64,000 nt of DNA. Origin: Coniocarpon cinnabarinum. Taxonomy: Eukaryota. Made by a program: the position numbers and the translations under genes. Below are positions 21,854 to 34,629 of the stretch, in pieces. Positions within the stretch are counted from its first letter, which is position 1. Each line of letters starts with the position of its first letter. Below the pieces are notes generated by a model that saw nothing but the letters and a program-made list of their open reading frames with translations, searched no databases and had not been told where the DNA came from. The DNA lies in assembly GCA_051942205.1 (NCBI GenBank), contig JAVECO010000075.1, positions 1-64,000 of the forward strand. Reading direction: 5' to 3'.

Positions 21854-23509
21854 ATGAGACGACGAAGTACATGTGACGAGATCCCCGCGACACTGTGCGA
21901 TAAGTATGTACTGCCTCATGCAATCTGCCTTCCTGCATCAGAATTCATTCCTCGAACGCTTGCAAGCTCCGTCTGGATAATCGAGTCGACTCGGAGAAAA
22001 TTTTTTAGCTCCTTGATGCTAGTAACTCCTTTCCAGAACATGGTACGACGCAGCATACATCTCGAACTTTCAGATGATTTCGAAGCGATACTTCTTCATG
22101 ATGAGCAGTCGTATGTTCAAGGACTGACGTACCTCGCTGCGTGTTCAGTGTCGAGGGGTACCTCCCGGATCCAACCTGCAAGTTTATGGCTTCATGATAC
22201 CACTTTCACACATAGTCATGAGCGCTCTCCCTCGGCACATCTAAAATGTCTGCGTAGAATGCAATTTTTGGCACGCGAACCTGGAACAAGAAATTGTGAA
22301 CTGCCTGTGCGAGCGCACAGTTTCAGCCGGCATCGGGGCTATGACGAACAGTGGTGCGATTTGAGAAGAGCCGGAACGAAAACCACATCAAGGCCTGAGT
22401 CCAAAAGCACCGAGCCATTACCACCGCACAGCATCCACCCATGCAGAAATGGGGCAAGAGCGGTACTCAGATGGCTCAGAAGGGCGAACTGTAAGGGCTC
22501 AAGATTTGGGTACAAAGAGATGGCAGGAAGCATAGAAACGACTGAAATGGAAGCTTACGAGAGCGAGCTGCAGGAAAGCGTCGAAACATGTCAAGAGATT
22601 TATGTCGATCAAACTTGGATGGGTCTAAATTTGAAACAACAGCAGAGGCCAGGACTGTTTCCAGGCACACAACCTTTCGAATTCTTAACAGAAATGGCGC
22701 GCCGGCGAAGTTCACCACCGTCTGCGCCTATGCAGGCTCAAACATGTTCAGGTAATCAAGAACAATCAACCACCGTTATCGTTGCGACCACTGATGACGT
22801 TTCCAGTGCGACAAGCCATGATTGGGAGGGCTCTCTGCTGAATTCGTATAGCCTGACCCCAACTAGATCCTTGGAAGCAGATCTAAAATCCTCACAGTGT
22901 GCTGAACCTGGTATCGTGCGCTTCCAGAATGGTAATGGCTTGCAGAGCCCGATACAGCCTCCGACACTTGCTGATATCCAGAAGTTGAACGCCACGTTCT
23001 GTTGTGACTTCCCATCGCGAAAAGTCTCCTCAGAAGGCTTATCAGCATTGTCCGGTCAATTGTCAGGAGGCATGCAAAACCACATCTTTCCAGATGTTTC
23101 TCCCTCGATTGACTCACAATCAAGGTCTCACAGTTTGTATGATCGTAGAGTGAGCAAAGCGGGATCGGATTCGGTACTGGTAACGCCAGACAAAAAGACA
23201 AATCCTGAACGGGTTGAGTCGGGAATAATCTGTCCCGAATCGACCACTCATCATGAGGAGCGTGTTCCTACGGTGAAACGACAATCAATCATTGACGCAG
23301 AGAAGTGGGAAGACCGGAAGCTCGAAAGCTTTGCAAAACGTGTTGGATGGAAGCAAGCGTTGCCGAGAATCTTAAAGAACGGCAAGGATCAGGCCAATCG
23401 GCTGCATCGTCAATCTCAGCCGTGGCGTGCACAACCAGCTACAATGCGGCCCCGCGAGTCGCGCGAAATCGTGGCAACTTTGGTGGCGAGGGTTACAAGG
23501 TCTTCTTAG
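21854..23509 (+). CDS. Hypothetical low-complexity (Ser/Gln/Arg-rich) protein, no recognisable family
   Basis: 1.7 kb stop-free frame filling the gap between DUG2 and FMN1, with no real gene on the opposite strand. Start uncertain (ATGs at 21854, 22016, 22040). Confidence 0.55.
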   Translation: MRRRSTCDEIPATLCDKYVLPHAICLPASEFIPRTLASSVWIIESTRRKFFSSLMLVTPFQNMVRRSIHLELSDDFEAILLHDEQSYVQGLTYLAACSVSRGTSRIQPASLWLHDTTFTHSHERSPSAHLKCLRRMQFLAREPGTRNCELPVRAHSFSRHRGYDEQWCDLRRAGTKTTSRPESKSTEPLPPHSIHPCRNGARAVLRWLRRANCKGSRFGYKEMAGSIETTEMEAYESELQESVETCQEIYVDQTWMGLNLKQQQRPGLFPGTQPFEFLTEMARRRSSPPSAPMQAQTCSGNQEQSTTVIVATTDDVSSATSHDWEGSLLNSYSLTPTRSLEADLKSSQCAEPGIVRFQNGNGLQSPIQPPTLADIQKLNATFCCDFPSRKVSSEGLSALSGQLSGGMQNHIFPDVSPSIDSQSRSHSLYDRRVSKAGSDSVLVTPDKKTNPERVESGIICPESTTHHEERVPTVKRQSIIDAEKWEDRKLESFAKRVGWKQALPRILKNGKDQANRLHRQSQPWRAQPATMRPRESREIVATLVARVTRSS

Positions 23510-23586
23510 ATGAATGTGTTGCTGAGCCCTTGGTGAGCTAAGTTCGAACACGATCCAGACATTCCATGCGTTTAGAGTCTCTGTCC

Positions 23587-24171
23587 TCACGTCCAGTCAA
23601 ATGTCGTAAGGAACGAGTCATGCTTGGAAGCTTCGTAATTGGGACGATTGAGGCTCATCTGAGACACTTCAATATCCACCTTGATGTCTGCGATCAATGC
23701 ATCAAGGTCTTGGTAATCTTGCTCTGCTCGAATGAATCCCAGAATGGATAGATTCATTGATGCGTTGTAAAAGTCGGCTTGAAAGTCGTGAATGACGTGT
23801 ACCTCAACGCTGCGCTTTTGGTTCTTGTAGAATGGATTGAAACCAATCGACAAGACTGCAGGATATACGGCAGTGGTGTGCGGGCCTGCTGATAGCTTCA
23901 GCGCATTTTCTGCAGGGTTCTGAGGCGTGTCGATGAGCTTTAGGCTCCTACTTGTGGCGGTAGCCAAATCCAAGCCTGCCCAGCCAAAGTAGACGCCGCT
24001 TTCGAGATCTGTGTGGCCGCCCACGTCTAATCCTTCGACTGGGATGTTCGCAGTAGGGATGCCGAGTTCTTTACTGCCGCGGCCAAATCCTTCGATGACC
24101 TTGCCACGCACTTTGATCGGGAAAGGCGTGGTAGGCCCATCATCCGGACCTGCATATTGAGCACGCGTCAT
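23587..24171 (-). CDS. FMN1: Riboflavin kinase
   Basis: GFGRGSKELGIPTAN, SGVYFGWA, SIGFNPFY, EVHVIHDF, LGFIR, LIADIKVD. Confidence 0.95.
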   Translation of the reverse strand: MTRAQYAGPDDGPTTPFPIKVRGKVIEGFGRGSKELGIPTANIPVEGLDVGGHTDLESGVYFGWAGLDLATATSRSLKLIDTPQNPAENALKLSAGPHTTAVYPAVLSIGFNPFYKNQKRSVEVHVIHDFQADFYNASMNLSILGFIRAEQDYQDLDALIADIKVDIEVSQMSLNRPNYEASKHDSFLTTFDWT

Positions 24172-24409
24172 CTATACGTGTCGATCACAAGGTATGTAGA
24201 GCTTGAGAATATTGTAGAGTTTTGGTTGTCGCGGCGTAAATGGTGCAACCCATTAAAGCACGCCAAGTCTGTGTTGCCTCAGTATTAAGGCACTTGTAGT
24301 GAGTCTAGTACTCAACATCGATTGATTCTGGGTGCGTTACCCACATTTGATTTGATTCTCGTTCGAACATTATTCGAAGCCATACGAATCCATTTCATAG
24401 CACGCAAAC

Positions 24410-26450
24410 ATGTCGCGCCGATCGGCGAATCCCACTCTAGATCGTGGCGCGCAGAACCAACAAACACTCAAGACACTAGTCAAAGTTGAAAGCAATAAAA
24501 GTTGCGCCGACTGTAAGAAGAACAAACGTAAGGGAGAGACCATCGATGCGGATAATGGACTCCCCACTAACTTTGTTTGAGATCCCAGATGGGCAAGCTG
24601 GAACCTCGGTGTATTCCTCTGCATTCGGTTTGCTGTGGCTCGACCTACATCGTCTCAATACATCTGACGTTTTGCCAGATGCTCCGGCATTCATCGAGGC
24701 ATGGGCACACACATAAGTAGGGTCAAATCTGTCGACCTGGACTCGTGGACGGATGAACAGCTTGCCAGTATCCTGAAATGGGGCAACACGCGTGCCAACA
24801 AGTATGCATTACAATTAGGAAGATACATATCATGCAATTGACTGGAAGCAGGTATTGGGAGGCGAAGCTAGCGCCAGGCCATGTTCCAGCAGAATCGTGG
24901 GTAAAGATCTGAATCTCTAGATCTTGTTCGTATTAATGAACAGCTTAGCAAGATTGAAAACTTTATAAGGACGAAATACGAGTCCAGACGCTGGGTAATG
25001 GAAGGGCCAATGCCTGACCCTTCGACCTTGGATACTGAGGGGGACGACGAGGTGGTACGATTTCCGCAGCGCTTAAGGAGGTGAGATGCTAACGTTCTCA
25101 AAGCCACTCAATGTAGTGCAGGAGAAAGCTAAGCTCGAACGCTCTGCCTCTAACCGTACCTCTTCGGCACCTGCGTCCCGACCATTGGAACAACCTCGAC
25201 TGCCACCAAAACAGTTCAACCTTTTTGATGTAGACGACGTTGCGGCTCCCGCACCTCGTCCCAACTCAGTGGCAACTCCCGGGTCCCGACCGCCACCAGA
25301 CGATCATCAAGCAGCTTCACAGACAAAGCCAAACAAACCCGGGGATTCTTTACTTGGCTTTGATTTCTTTGGACCAACCTCAGGCAACCCCCCTCCCCGA
25401 CCCAACAGTGCAGCTGCTTCAACCCCTGGAACGTCTTCTGGTCCGTCTCGTCCCGATCTCAAGCAGTCTATACTCTCTCTCTACGCTGCTAAGCCCAACC
25501 CACCACCGGAGCAGGAACAGCAACAACGTTCAGCACCAGGCATGCAACACAGTAAAAAAATAGTCACACCAGGTGGGCTAGACGAGGCCTTTGGAAGCTT
25601 AGATTTTACTGCTTCGACGCAAAGCACACAATCTGTAAAACCAACTCCGTTCGCAAATCTCACGTCGCCAACGTCACCACCTATGAGCCGTTCAAATCCG
25701 AATATCGGCGGCGGTAACTTTTTCGAGGCGAAAGCCAGCGAAAGTGGCGTCCTCCCAGCTCAAGTACAACAATCCCAGCGGGTACAACGAGGTCTCAGCT
25801 CTTCGAGTGGCTTTGGTGACTTTGCTTCTGGTCCCATGCCCATCACGAAGAATATGCCAGCAAACGCAGCGACCCGTCATGGGAACGGATTGACTGCCGA
25901 CCTTTTCGACTTCAGTGCACCGGCCAATCTACCAGCCTCAGCCGCTTCTTCAAAAAATCCGCCTCCGGTTCAAGTCTCAAACTTTTCGTCCTCAAATCTC
26001 GACGCTTCAGTTTTTAACCTTTCGTCAGTGAAAGCGCCAGAAATCCCGCAAAAATCACCGGAGCCTCCGGCGCCACCTCCAAAGCCAGTTACAGCCAATG
26101 CCTTAGACGATCCCTGGGGCGCGAGCGACATCTGGGCTTCAAGCGATACGACTGCTGCCTCGATGCAAACTCAGCCTTCAGCATCGACGCCGTCGGTAAC
26201 ACACACAAAATCTCCACCTGCAGTGGCAGCTCTGGACGATTTTGGTGGCTGGACGAGTAGCACTAGCCCTGCACCAACGATGCAGGCTCATATCAGGGGC
26301 GATGAGGACTTTGGTGGTTGGGAGAGCCAGCCGAGTGCCAATGCAGCAGCCCCAACGACTACAAGTGATTTAGCGCCGCAGGCACCGCCGAAACCCGCTG
26401 GCGGTGGAATTGGAGGAAACGATGACTTGTTCTCAAACGTGTGGGAGTAG
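24410..26450 (+). CDS. AGE2: ArfGAP, Age2/SMAP-like (6 exons)
   Basis: Spliced CADC...[49 protein letters not shown]. Low-complexity tail with DLKQSILSLY and DDLFSNVWE. Confidence 0.88.
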
Positions 26451-26871
26451 CGCGTCGTATACCAGATTAGCGCGACGAATCCGATTGCAATGCATTCGTC
26501 CGACTTAAAAGCTCGATTTCTTGTTGACCTGGCGTCTTCCACGTCACTCGCTTCTCGCATGTCACACGTATGATGAACCAGTATGTCTCTTTTGCTCGAT
26601 CATGTTTCGCACGCGGCACATGGTTTTAGAATCGATGCACGTCACAGGGAGAGCACTTTACCCCTGTGCCATTTCAACATCCGCCAATTGCTAAACTGCA
26701 GGATGACTTTGCGAGTCTGGTTGGCAAGGCTCTTCCAATTCGACTCCACCACTGTGAGCCATGCGTGACCCGAACCCCGTCCCGAGACTTCGCCCGAGTG
26801 CATTTGAATACGAGCTGTCCCTCATCTACGTATTTTCACTGTCGTGGTTTTCTCCTGCGTCGTCCAACTCA

Positions 26872-27244
26872 TCACCTAAACGATCCCATCACAAAGCTGA
26901 ACAGGTAATACACCACAAGCACTGCGACAACGACAATCCCAGCTAGTTTCAGAATCGCGACTTTGTTTCCCTGCTGCGCCATCCGCGTCATGCGGCCGGC
27001 AGAACCTTTGATGCTTCCGCTCAAGTTGGAAAAAATTTCGCTCTGTCGGGGTGTCAGCGACACTGTCTCGTCTTGGCGATGGTGACGACGGGACCACTAC
27101 GCGACGTACCGAATGCTCAATGACCTCTTGATTGCGCGCATTGTCGTAAATATCGACAGTCACGCTGCGAAGGGCGGAGACCTTGCCCGAAAGCTCATCG
27201 AGGCGAGTGTTGTTTTGGCGCTCACGCTCGTAAGACTCGGCCAT
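26872..27244 (-). CDS. Small Golgi Qc-SNARE, Sft1/Bet1-like (2 exons)
   Basis: MAESYERERQNNTRLDELSGKVSALRSVTVDIYD coiled coil, an intron, then SAGRMTRMA and a C-terminal TM anchor. Confidence 0.85.
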
Positions 27245-27827
27245 GGTGTCAACGTGACGGCTTGAGCACAGCCCCGAGGTGAGCGAAGTGGGTGGTATTC
27301 ACGAGCTGGATGCTCGCCCGACGGAGACAAACGACACAGAGTGCATGCGACCACGGGGACTCGAGTCTCCTCAAGAAAAATGGAGGCATTCAGCTGCACA
27401 TGTTTCTCAAAATTCACAAGATCGAGTGTCATGTAGGCGAGATCATAGACAAGCCTTCGAGGCTTATCAAAGAGTGCACTCACAAAGAAGCCAGGCACAG
27501 GTCAGAATGAAGGAACCAACAGGACATCTAGGCAGGGTCATGCTTTTGCCACAAATCTCTACTACCTCGACGTGCTAGGGTGCCAGGCACCTAAACTGCC
27601 GTCCTGCCTTCAGACGTCAGGTCTGAATGCATCGTGGCGTGTACCGCCGTGGGCGTGTGAACAAGACCAGAGTATTTTCCTCAGTGATTGCTGTGCGTAT
27701 GTATAGTAATTAGATCTTACGTGCGATGCCAGACGCCTCGCCATGCGTATGCCATGACTATGCATGCTGTCTTTAATGGATACCTCTCGTAACGCTTTTC
27801 AGTTCTTGTGTATGCTCAGAATTTCCA

Positions 27828-29875
27828 TCAGACCCTGACGAGCTTGTCTAACAAGTCGTCCAACTCCTTCCAATTATCATCGGATGTCGCAAACTTTTGG
27901 TGCTTCTTGCTTACGATATGCTATCGTAGTTGTCAGTTGTTTGCCCACACGACGGAAGGGATCAAACTTACCTCCTGGAAATCTTCGTACTTATCCCTGC
28001 AATTTTCGCAGTACCCGGGCTTTGGGTCTCGCTTAGCAGCTTTCTTCTGGTGTTTAGCATTCTTTGCCAGCTGCGCTTCAACCTTGGAGCTGTCTTCATC
28101 CCACTCGTCCTGTTCGCGAATCAGGTGCAAGCCTTCAGCATCTTTTTGACGAGCGCTGCGGCGAGGCGCGGTCGACTGATCGTTGATCGCAGCCCTGACA
28201 TCGTTGACGTTAAACGACGAGGGAACACTATTCCCGGAAAGCCCACTCTGGCGCTCGAGGACTTTGCGACTCATCTGATGCTGCTGCTTGCTCATGCCTA
28301 CGCGAGTTCCCGGTGCCGAAGGAGCCGTTGACGAATACATCTGCGAGCGGATGGCGGATGTGATGTTCTGGGCTTGAAGACCTGACGCAAGTGGTTCGCC
28401 GCCAGGATTACGTGGAATGCCTCTGAAATTGGCGTGTGTGCTGCCAAGCAGAGGAGGCATATTCTCAGTGCTGCCGCTTGCTTGTCTACTCATTCCTAGA
28501 CTGTCGAAGCATGCTTCGTGGGTCATTGTTTGCCCAGGTCTGCCAAACTGATTCTGCGTGGCACCAGTCTCTCGTAATGCCTTTGTTTCAGGACTGCGAG
28601 TCTTGCTCCGGGTACGCTCCGCCTGGTTGAGATTGTCTCTGGCAGTCGGCGCTGTATGAGCGCGGACGAGCCGCGGAGGCTGTCGACGAGCTGCGTCCTG
28701 TCCCTGCACCGCCTTGACTTGCTCGTTGCGGCGTTCTTGAGGCGGTTCTTCCACGAACGGACATCGACCTTTTGAGACGCTTCGCAGCATCGGCCATTCT
28801 CCACCTTCTTTTCTCGCCGGGACTGGGTACTCACGAATCATCACCGGCTTAACCATTTCGTCCATGTCATGAATGAACAGATACACCCCCTTGAAGGGGA
28901 TTATTTCCTGCCATGGCTTTCGTTGAGTAGTGGTGTTGTTCTTTTCGTTTCGCAGGAGCTGAGACAAATCGTCGGCCCCGCGTTCTCGCTTGAGCGGGAC
29001 CACCTTGGGATGGGTCGCAAATCCCCCAGGCCGTGTTGCCCGGTCGTCGTGCTCTGCGTCACTAACGCTCAGCATAGTCGCGACAATGCGTTCGAATTTC
29101 TCCAGTGCCCACACTTTGATGCCCAACTCTCGAGCTCTGTGGAGAACATCATTGTTGGACTGAGCCTGACCACAGTCCATCTTTGCGCGTGCCAATGTAT
29201 CCTGAGCTCCATGTCCTTGTCGCGGTTGCCAAAGCTTCTGATGCTGCTCAGTGCCTCTGCTCAGTATCGCTGGATCGATGGTAGCTTTTTCGTCTTTGAG
29301 AATTGTGGCTGAAGGAATTTGTCTTAGTGTGACAACGTGGGTGACATCTTTGGAGAAGAATTGTTCATGACGCTATTCCAACGTCAGCTTCTAGAGATCG
29401 CGGCAGCTTCAATTGGTACACATACAGCACCAAGGTTTCCAAGTATTCTCTTCGATTTGAATGCAGCTTCCGGTGGAATACTGTCAAAATAGAAGACGAA
29501 TGCAGGGAATACGCGTCGATAGTGCCTCCTCCAGCTTTGTACCTGCTCCTTGCCATCTCCAGTCTGATCGGGATGCCTCGAACTTGCACCTTGACGACCG
29601 TCTTGTGTTCCTAGCAGCTTCCTCTGGAACTGACTCTGAGGTAAGTTGTCCCGACGCTCGGCGAAGACTTTGCCTTCCGGCTCATTTGCAGAAATCTTCT
29701 GTGCTCTCCTGAAATTGACAGCGACTGTCCCCAAGTTCTGCCTTTTCTTCGGAGGCGAGTGCGAATCATCGTTCTCGACGAGCTGGGAATGCCCGCGTTT
29801 TGGCGCGAGCGCGACACGACGCGGTGAATTGACGGCATTGGGATTGCTGGCGAGGGGAACACGATTGGACAACAT
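27828..29875 (-). CDS. DBF4: Dbf4/Dfp1/NimO regulatory subunit of Cdc7 kinase (3 exons)
   Basis: Motif N (WRRHYRRVFPAFVFYFD...FFSKDVTHVVT...IKVWALEK), motif M (YLFIHDMDE...PVMIREY...GRCPF), zf-DBF (KPGYCENC...HIVSKKH). Confidence 0.92.
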
Positions 29876-30250
29876 TTGACGTCAGCAGTCGGTCCAGCGG
29901 TGGAGACAGAGCAGCGTTGGCTGAGGGGACGTGGACGTTTAGACAAGCATGTGAACAGCACATGGACGCTCTGCGAGCTCTCCAATACTGGATGCACCTC
30001 AATGGCACCTGGCGAGGGCAGACAGGATGTCAACAATATGTCCAGACACAGCATGGAGCAGGCCACACATTCGCTCAAGCCAGCGCGACCGAAGGGGCAA
30101 TGCTGGGGATGGAGGCAGGTGAATGTGAGGGCACGTCGAGGAAGCTTGTGTTGATGGTTGATGGTGGCAGCTGCTTGTTTGTTGTTCTGGTAACCCTAAG
30201 GCTGCGGCGCATCGGCTGCTTCGGCTGCCCGGCGCATTTGACAGCGAACC

Positions 30251-30260
30251 CGCGACGCGT
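30251..30260. promoter_or_regulatory. MCB-like element (CGCGACGCGT) upstream of DBF4
   Basis: Perfect ACGCGT at 30255-30260 with adjacent CGCG, ~380 bp upstream of the DBF4 ATG. Confidence 0.45.
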
Positions 30261-30504
30261 ATCGAAACCCTCGTGACCTATCACGTGCACATGTCCCACG
30301 TTGTCGACGTGCTGGCTTCCTTACACCAACACACAGCTGCCACGACGGCTCAGGTGCCTACGATGGACGGATGCTTCTTATCGCGCTGCTCAGAGGAAAA
30401 TGCAAGACGATATCACAGGGCCGCTGCGGGCGACTCAGTGTCATGGTCATAGATGGTACGGAGGAGAAAATGGCTATTAAGAGACATGGCGCTGCTGAAT
30501 TGGT

Positions 30505-32154
30505 TCATAGGCGCAAGGCCTCGATGTCCACGACCTGCCAGCACCTGATTAGAAATCGCAGTAGGAGAGCCGGCGTCATACGCGCTTACCTCCTTGACAG
30601 CTTCGGTGCTCAACACCAGAGGATGCTCGTCTTGCACGCAGACGCTGTCTTCTATGCGTATCCCCATGCCGCGAAAATGTTCCGGCCATCGTTCGTTATG
30701 ATCGACGTAGATGCCACTGCGCACAGTCAGTTGGGAGAGGTTAGGCGAAACTTCATCATTCGGCACCTACGGCTCGACAGTGATGCATTGGCCGCTTTTC
30801 AGATTTCCTGAGCGGGGATATCCTGGGCAGTCGTGGATGTCCAGACCAATGTAGTGACCAAGATGATGGGGAAACAAAATGTCCATAGCCTGGTCCTATT
30901 AGCCTCGACTGTCGCGTTACTTGCCTAAAAAAGACTTACGCCTTTCGAGAGGTCGAAGCCAAGTTCTACAAGTCCTTGTCGTAATGCAGCATCAGCAACA
31001 CCGTGCAACTTGTCGAGCGACATATTGGCATTCGCTCTGCAAAGTGCGACGCACGTCCGCTGAACGTCCAGTATCGTCATGTACAAGTCCTTCTGCGCGG
31101 CTGTGAATTTACCGTTGATGGGCCAGGTTCTTGTAATGTCGGCCACGTATCCCCCGTATTCCCCGCCAGCGTCCGCGCAGACCATCATACCTTCAGAGAG
31201 TTTGGCATCGTTTCGCACGTAGTGTATCTGATTGGCATTCTCTCCTCCGGCTATGACCGGGACATACGCAGAAGCTTCACAACCATTCTTCTTGAATTGG
31301 TATTCCAGAAACCCTTCTAGATCCAACTCAGAGGCCCAAACTCGACTCATGGCTTGCGTGAAACCCCTCCCTGAAGCTTGCCCAGCCTTTCGTAAGTTGG
31401 CAATCTCGCCATGACTCTTAAAAGCTCGAAGTTGGTGCAGGTAAGGACGTAGTGGCTTTGGTCTTCCACTATCCAGAATTTCATTGAAACGTTGCCACTT
31501 GGACAGGTTCGAGCCAAGGGCAATTCGGGAAAAAGTCGAGCGTTGCTGTGATTCAACAGGAAGATCAACAAACACATGTGAAGCGCTTCTGACAATGTCT
31601 AACAGACGATCGTGCGCAAAGTTGATATCGCCGCTCTCGTCAGCGTTGAACACATCTTGCGCAGCTTGTGCTCCGGAGCGAGAACCCTCCCACGCCTCTT
31701 TGATCGGGTCCTTTGGCCTCACATAGAGATGGAATGTGTGATCATTGCCAGAAATGTCCTTGTGAATGACGGCAATAGCTTCCGGCTCAGTGAAGCCCGT
31801 CAGGTAGAAAAAGGATGGGTCCTGATGAAATTTGTAGAAGACAGCACCCGAGCGCGTCTTTATGTCGGACGCGGCCACAATGGCAACACTGCCGGCGGGC
31901 ATTGCCTGAGCGAGTTTTGTGCGTCGCTCTGCATATTCGAAGGCAGTGATCCCCGGCGTGAGCTCTCCAGCTTCCAAGAGATGCGGATGGGTTTCGTGAA
32001 GCGGCTGGCCAAAGGTCAATTCAGCTGCGGAGGTAGAGTATGCGGGCAGCTTAAAGGCAGGGCGGAGCGCGCCATTGCAAAGCTTTGGGGCTCTCCATGG
32101 CGGGAGCGCAACCTTACGTGTACGGCTCAAGGCACGCAAGGTCAGGAATTGCAT
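30505..32154 (-). CDS. ICP55: Mitochondrial intermediate cleaving peptidase 55 (Xaa-Pro aminopeptidase M24B; 4 exons)
   Basis: Arg-rich presequence, FGQPLHETHPHLL, FFYLTGF, DAGGEYGGYVADITRTWP, HHLGHYIGLDIHD, TVEPG, GIRIEDSV. Confidence 0.93.
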
Positions 32155-32503
32155 AGAGAGATGGGCACTCCATTGGAATGGGCGCAAGGGGACAGGAGGA
32201 GGCGCCGGCAAGGAAAGGATGCCGCCACGTGCCGCAATACTCCGTATCTCGGGGTGCCTCATCCGATGCTATCGATAACCACCGCGTTTCCAGCTACGCC
32301 TTGCGCTGAGTCCTTGCGTACGTACTGGCGACCAGTCTCGACTCCGACACTTGAATTCGGTGATCTGGGCACGGGTTGACTCGAACACGGGGCTCGTCAC
32401 TGTCGTGACTCTCGTCATGTTTGTAGACACGGCTGGAGCCATCTTAGTAGGTTTCAAAGCTCATGCATCATAATCTTGCGTCCAAGCTACGACGCTCTCA
32501 GAC

Positions 32504-33618
32504 ATGGTCCTCAACGACGCTTTGAGACGAGAATTGCGGCAAAAAGCTGCACAGCTTATCAATCAGCAACACGCCATGGCCGCGTCAGTCCCGACGCCGC
32601 CCGCCGCATCTCTATTCACAGAAGCAGACGCGGCTTCCTTTCGTCGCCACCTTGCTTCTTCACAAAGGATCCTTGCATTGTGTGGTGCGGGCCTCAGCGT
32701 AGCCAGCGGTCTGCCTACCTTTCGGGGCGCTGGAGGGCTTTGGCGTGATCACGATGCAACACAGCTGGCAACTCCAGAGGCCTTCCAAGCAAGCCCGTCC
32801 CTGGTATGGCAATTTTACTCTTTCCGCCGCCACATGGCTTTGCAAGCAAGACCGAATCCCGGACATTACGCATTAGCTAAGCTCTGTGAGAAGAAAGATT
32901 TCTTGACCATCACACAGAACGTTGACGGGCTTTCCCAGCGGGCACAACACCCGCGAGAGCGCCTTGAGCTGCTTCATGGATCACTCTTTGACATAAAGTG
33001 CACTAGCTTCGACTGTGATTATGCAGAGAGGGACAATTTAAAGGACCCCATCGTGCCGGCTTTGGACATTGCGAAAGATCCTCTTGACCCAACCAAAGAC
33101 CTTGATATTTCACAAGTCTCCTCACCGTTACAGGCAGTTGCGCGAAGCGAGTTGCCCCGATGTCCAAGGTGCGGGACGGGTCTCTTGCGCCCTGGTGTGG
33201 TGTGGTTTGGGGAGTCCCTACCCATGGATACTATTGCGAGAGTAGATGAATGGATGAGTAGGCCTGAGAAAATCGATCTCCTGCTTGTGATTGGCACGTA
33301 GGTCTCCGCATTGCCAAACAAATGGACCTGGGAGAAGCGAAGCGCTAAAGTTGATGATTAGGTCCGCTGTCGTGTACCCCGCCGCGGGGTACATATCGAA
33401 GGCTCGTGAAAGAGGAGCTCGAGTTGCGGTGATCGATATGGAGCGTCCGAACATGGGAGTTGCTAGCAAGCTTCGCCAAGACGACTGTGAGCTCACTTTG
33501 AGTATGTCTAGTCTACGTCCAAGTCCAGAACTGATGTACTTCAACAGGGTTTTTCGGCGGAGACGCAGGTGACATACTTCCTCGTCTTTTGAGAGTGCAA
33601 GATGATGACGCCCTGTGA
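32504..33618 (+). CDS. Class III sirtuin (SIRT5/CobB-like NAD-dependent deacylase; 3 exons)
   Basis: GAGLSVASGLPTFRGAGGLW, WQFYSFRR (YxxR acyl-pocket motif), TQNVDGL, LHGSL, CxxC, RPGVVWFGE, IGTSAVVYPAAG. Confidence 0.92.
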
Positions 33619-33672
33619 AAGTGTTTTTGATGCAAATTGAGATGGGTATGATCGATTTAGTATTAGCCCCAT

Positions 33673-34287
33673 TCAAGTGAGACGACGTTCGTCCTGTAGT
33701 AGAGGCTGCAACCTGGCCTTCGCAAAGATGGCAATCGAGCAAGCTTTTTGTGCATGGATTCCGAGGGTGAGTTCGGCCAAGGCTCCAGCGTCCTGCGCAT
33801 TCATGAGGCTGCCTTGGCTGAGCTGACCCGCCTTGTCTCCCATATCCTCAGTGCCGCGCAAGGCAGAGTCTGAAAGTTTGGGCAGTCGAGGAGGTGTCTC
33901 ACCGATAAGGACGATGTACAAGTTAGGCTGGACGTACTGTATAATCATGTTATGACCGGAGCCACATATGGCGAAGGACTCGATGTGCTGATTGCTCCGT
34001 TGCACCTTCAATATACCCTCTATCTCACCGCATCCACGATCTTGAAGACGGGTCAAGGCCATTGAAGCTAATGCACCTTGGTCGCGCAACTTTCTAACGT
34101 TGGCAGGAACAGAGTAAGCCATCAGTGCACCTTGGCTCGACATGGCGCTGCTCAGCGTTAGCCGGCACGCTGACCACAGTCTATGCCTACAGATACTTCC
34201 GACCTAAACATACAAGATGCTTGGGAAAAGCTGCGGATGCACGTTCTGAGTGAATAGCTCGCTCATGTTACGCCTGTCCATCATCAT
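33673..34287 (-). CDS. Hypothetical protein, possibly Roadblock/LAMTOR-like (2 exons)
   Basis: Exon 1 MMMDRRNMSELFTQNVHPQLFPSI splices to FAMSSQGALMAYS... The alpha/beta pattern is suggestive of a roadblock fold. Family call is tentative. Confidence 0.55.
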
Positions 34288-34629
34288 GATGAGGTTGAAA
34301 GCTCTTAGCCAATCCAGGTACACACGGCTACGCAGACAGGCAGACGTTATCAAAGAAGGCGCAGCTTTGCTCAGGCACGCGTTTGCAAGGTACAGTGATA
34401 TCCACCATCCTGGCTTTGGTGGGGCGGGGAGACGTGCAATGACGGTTGTGATGTCATTGGCTTCCGGCGTCGGGCATCTACGACATTTGCAAGAGCAAAG
34501 CTGTATGCAACCTTGCTGCATTCTGGGGACCTACATTGCAAGGTCACATCGACGCTCAATTGGACGCTGTGCTCTCTTGTTCTGGCACTTCCAGCATCCA
34601 AGGTTTCGTCGCGTCAACGTTGCGCAGCT

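Noticed and set aside
26569..26760. ATGATGA box-C-like motif (possible snoRNA)
   Set aside because: No box D (CTGA) or terminal stem at a suitable distance.
31612..32379. 255-aa plus-strand ORF
   Set aside because: Mostly antisense to ICP55; no motifs.
34513..34629. Open in-frame extension upstream of the GLO1 ATG (possible non-AUG isoform)
   Set aside because: No in-frame ATG and only weak presequence character; unsupported without Ribo-seq.
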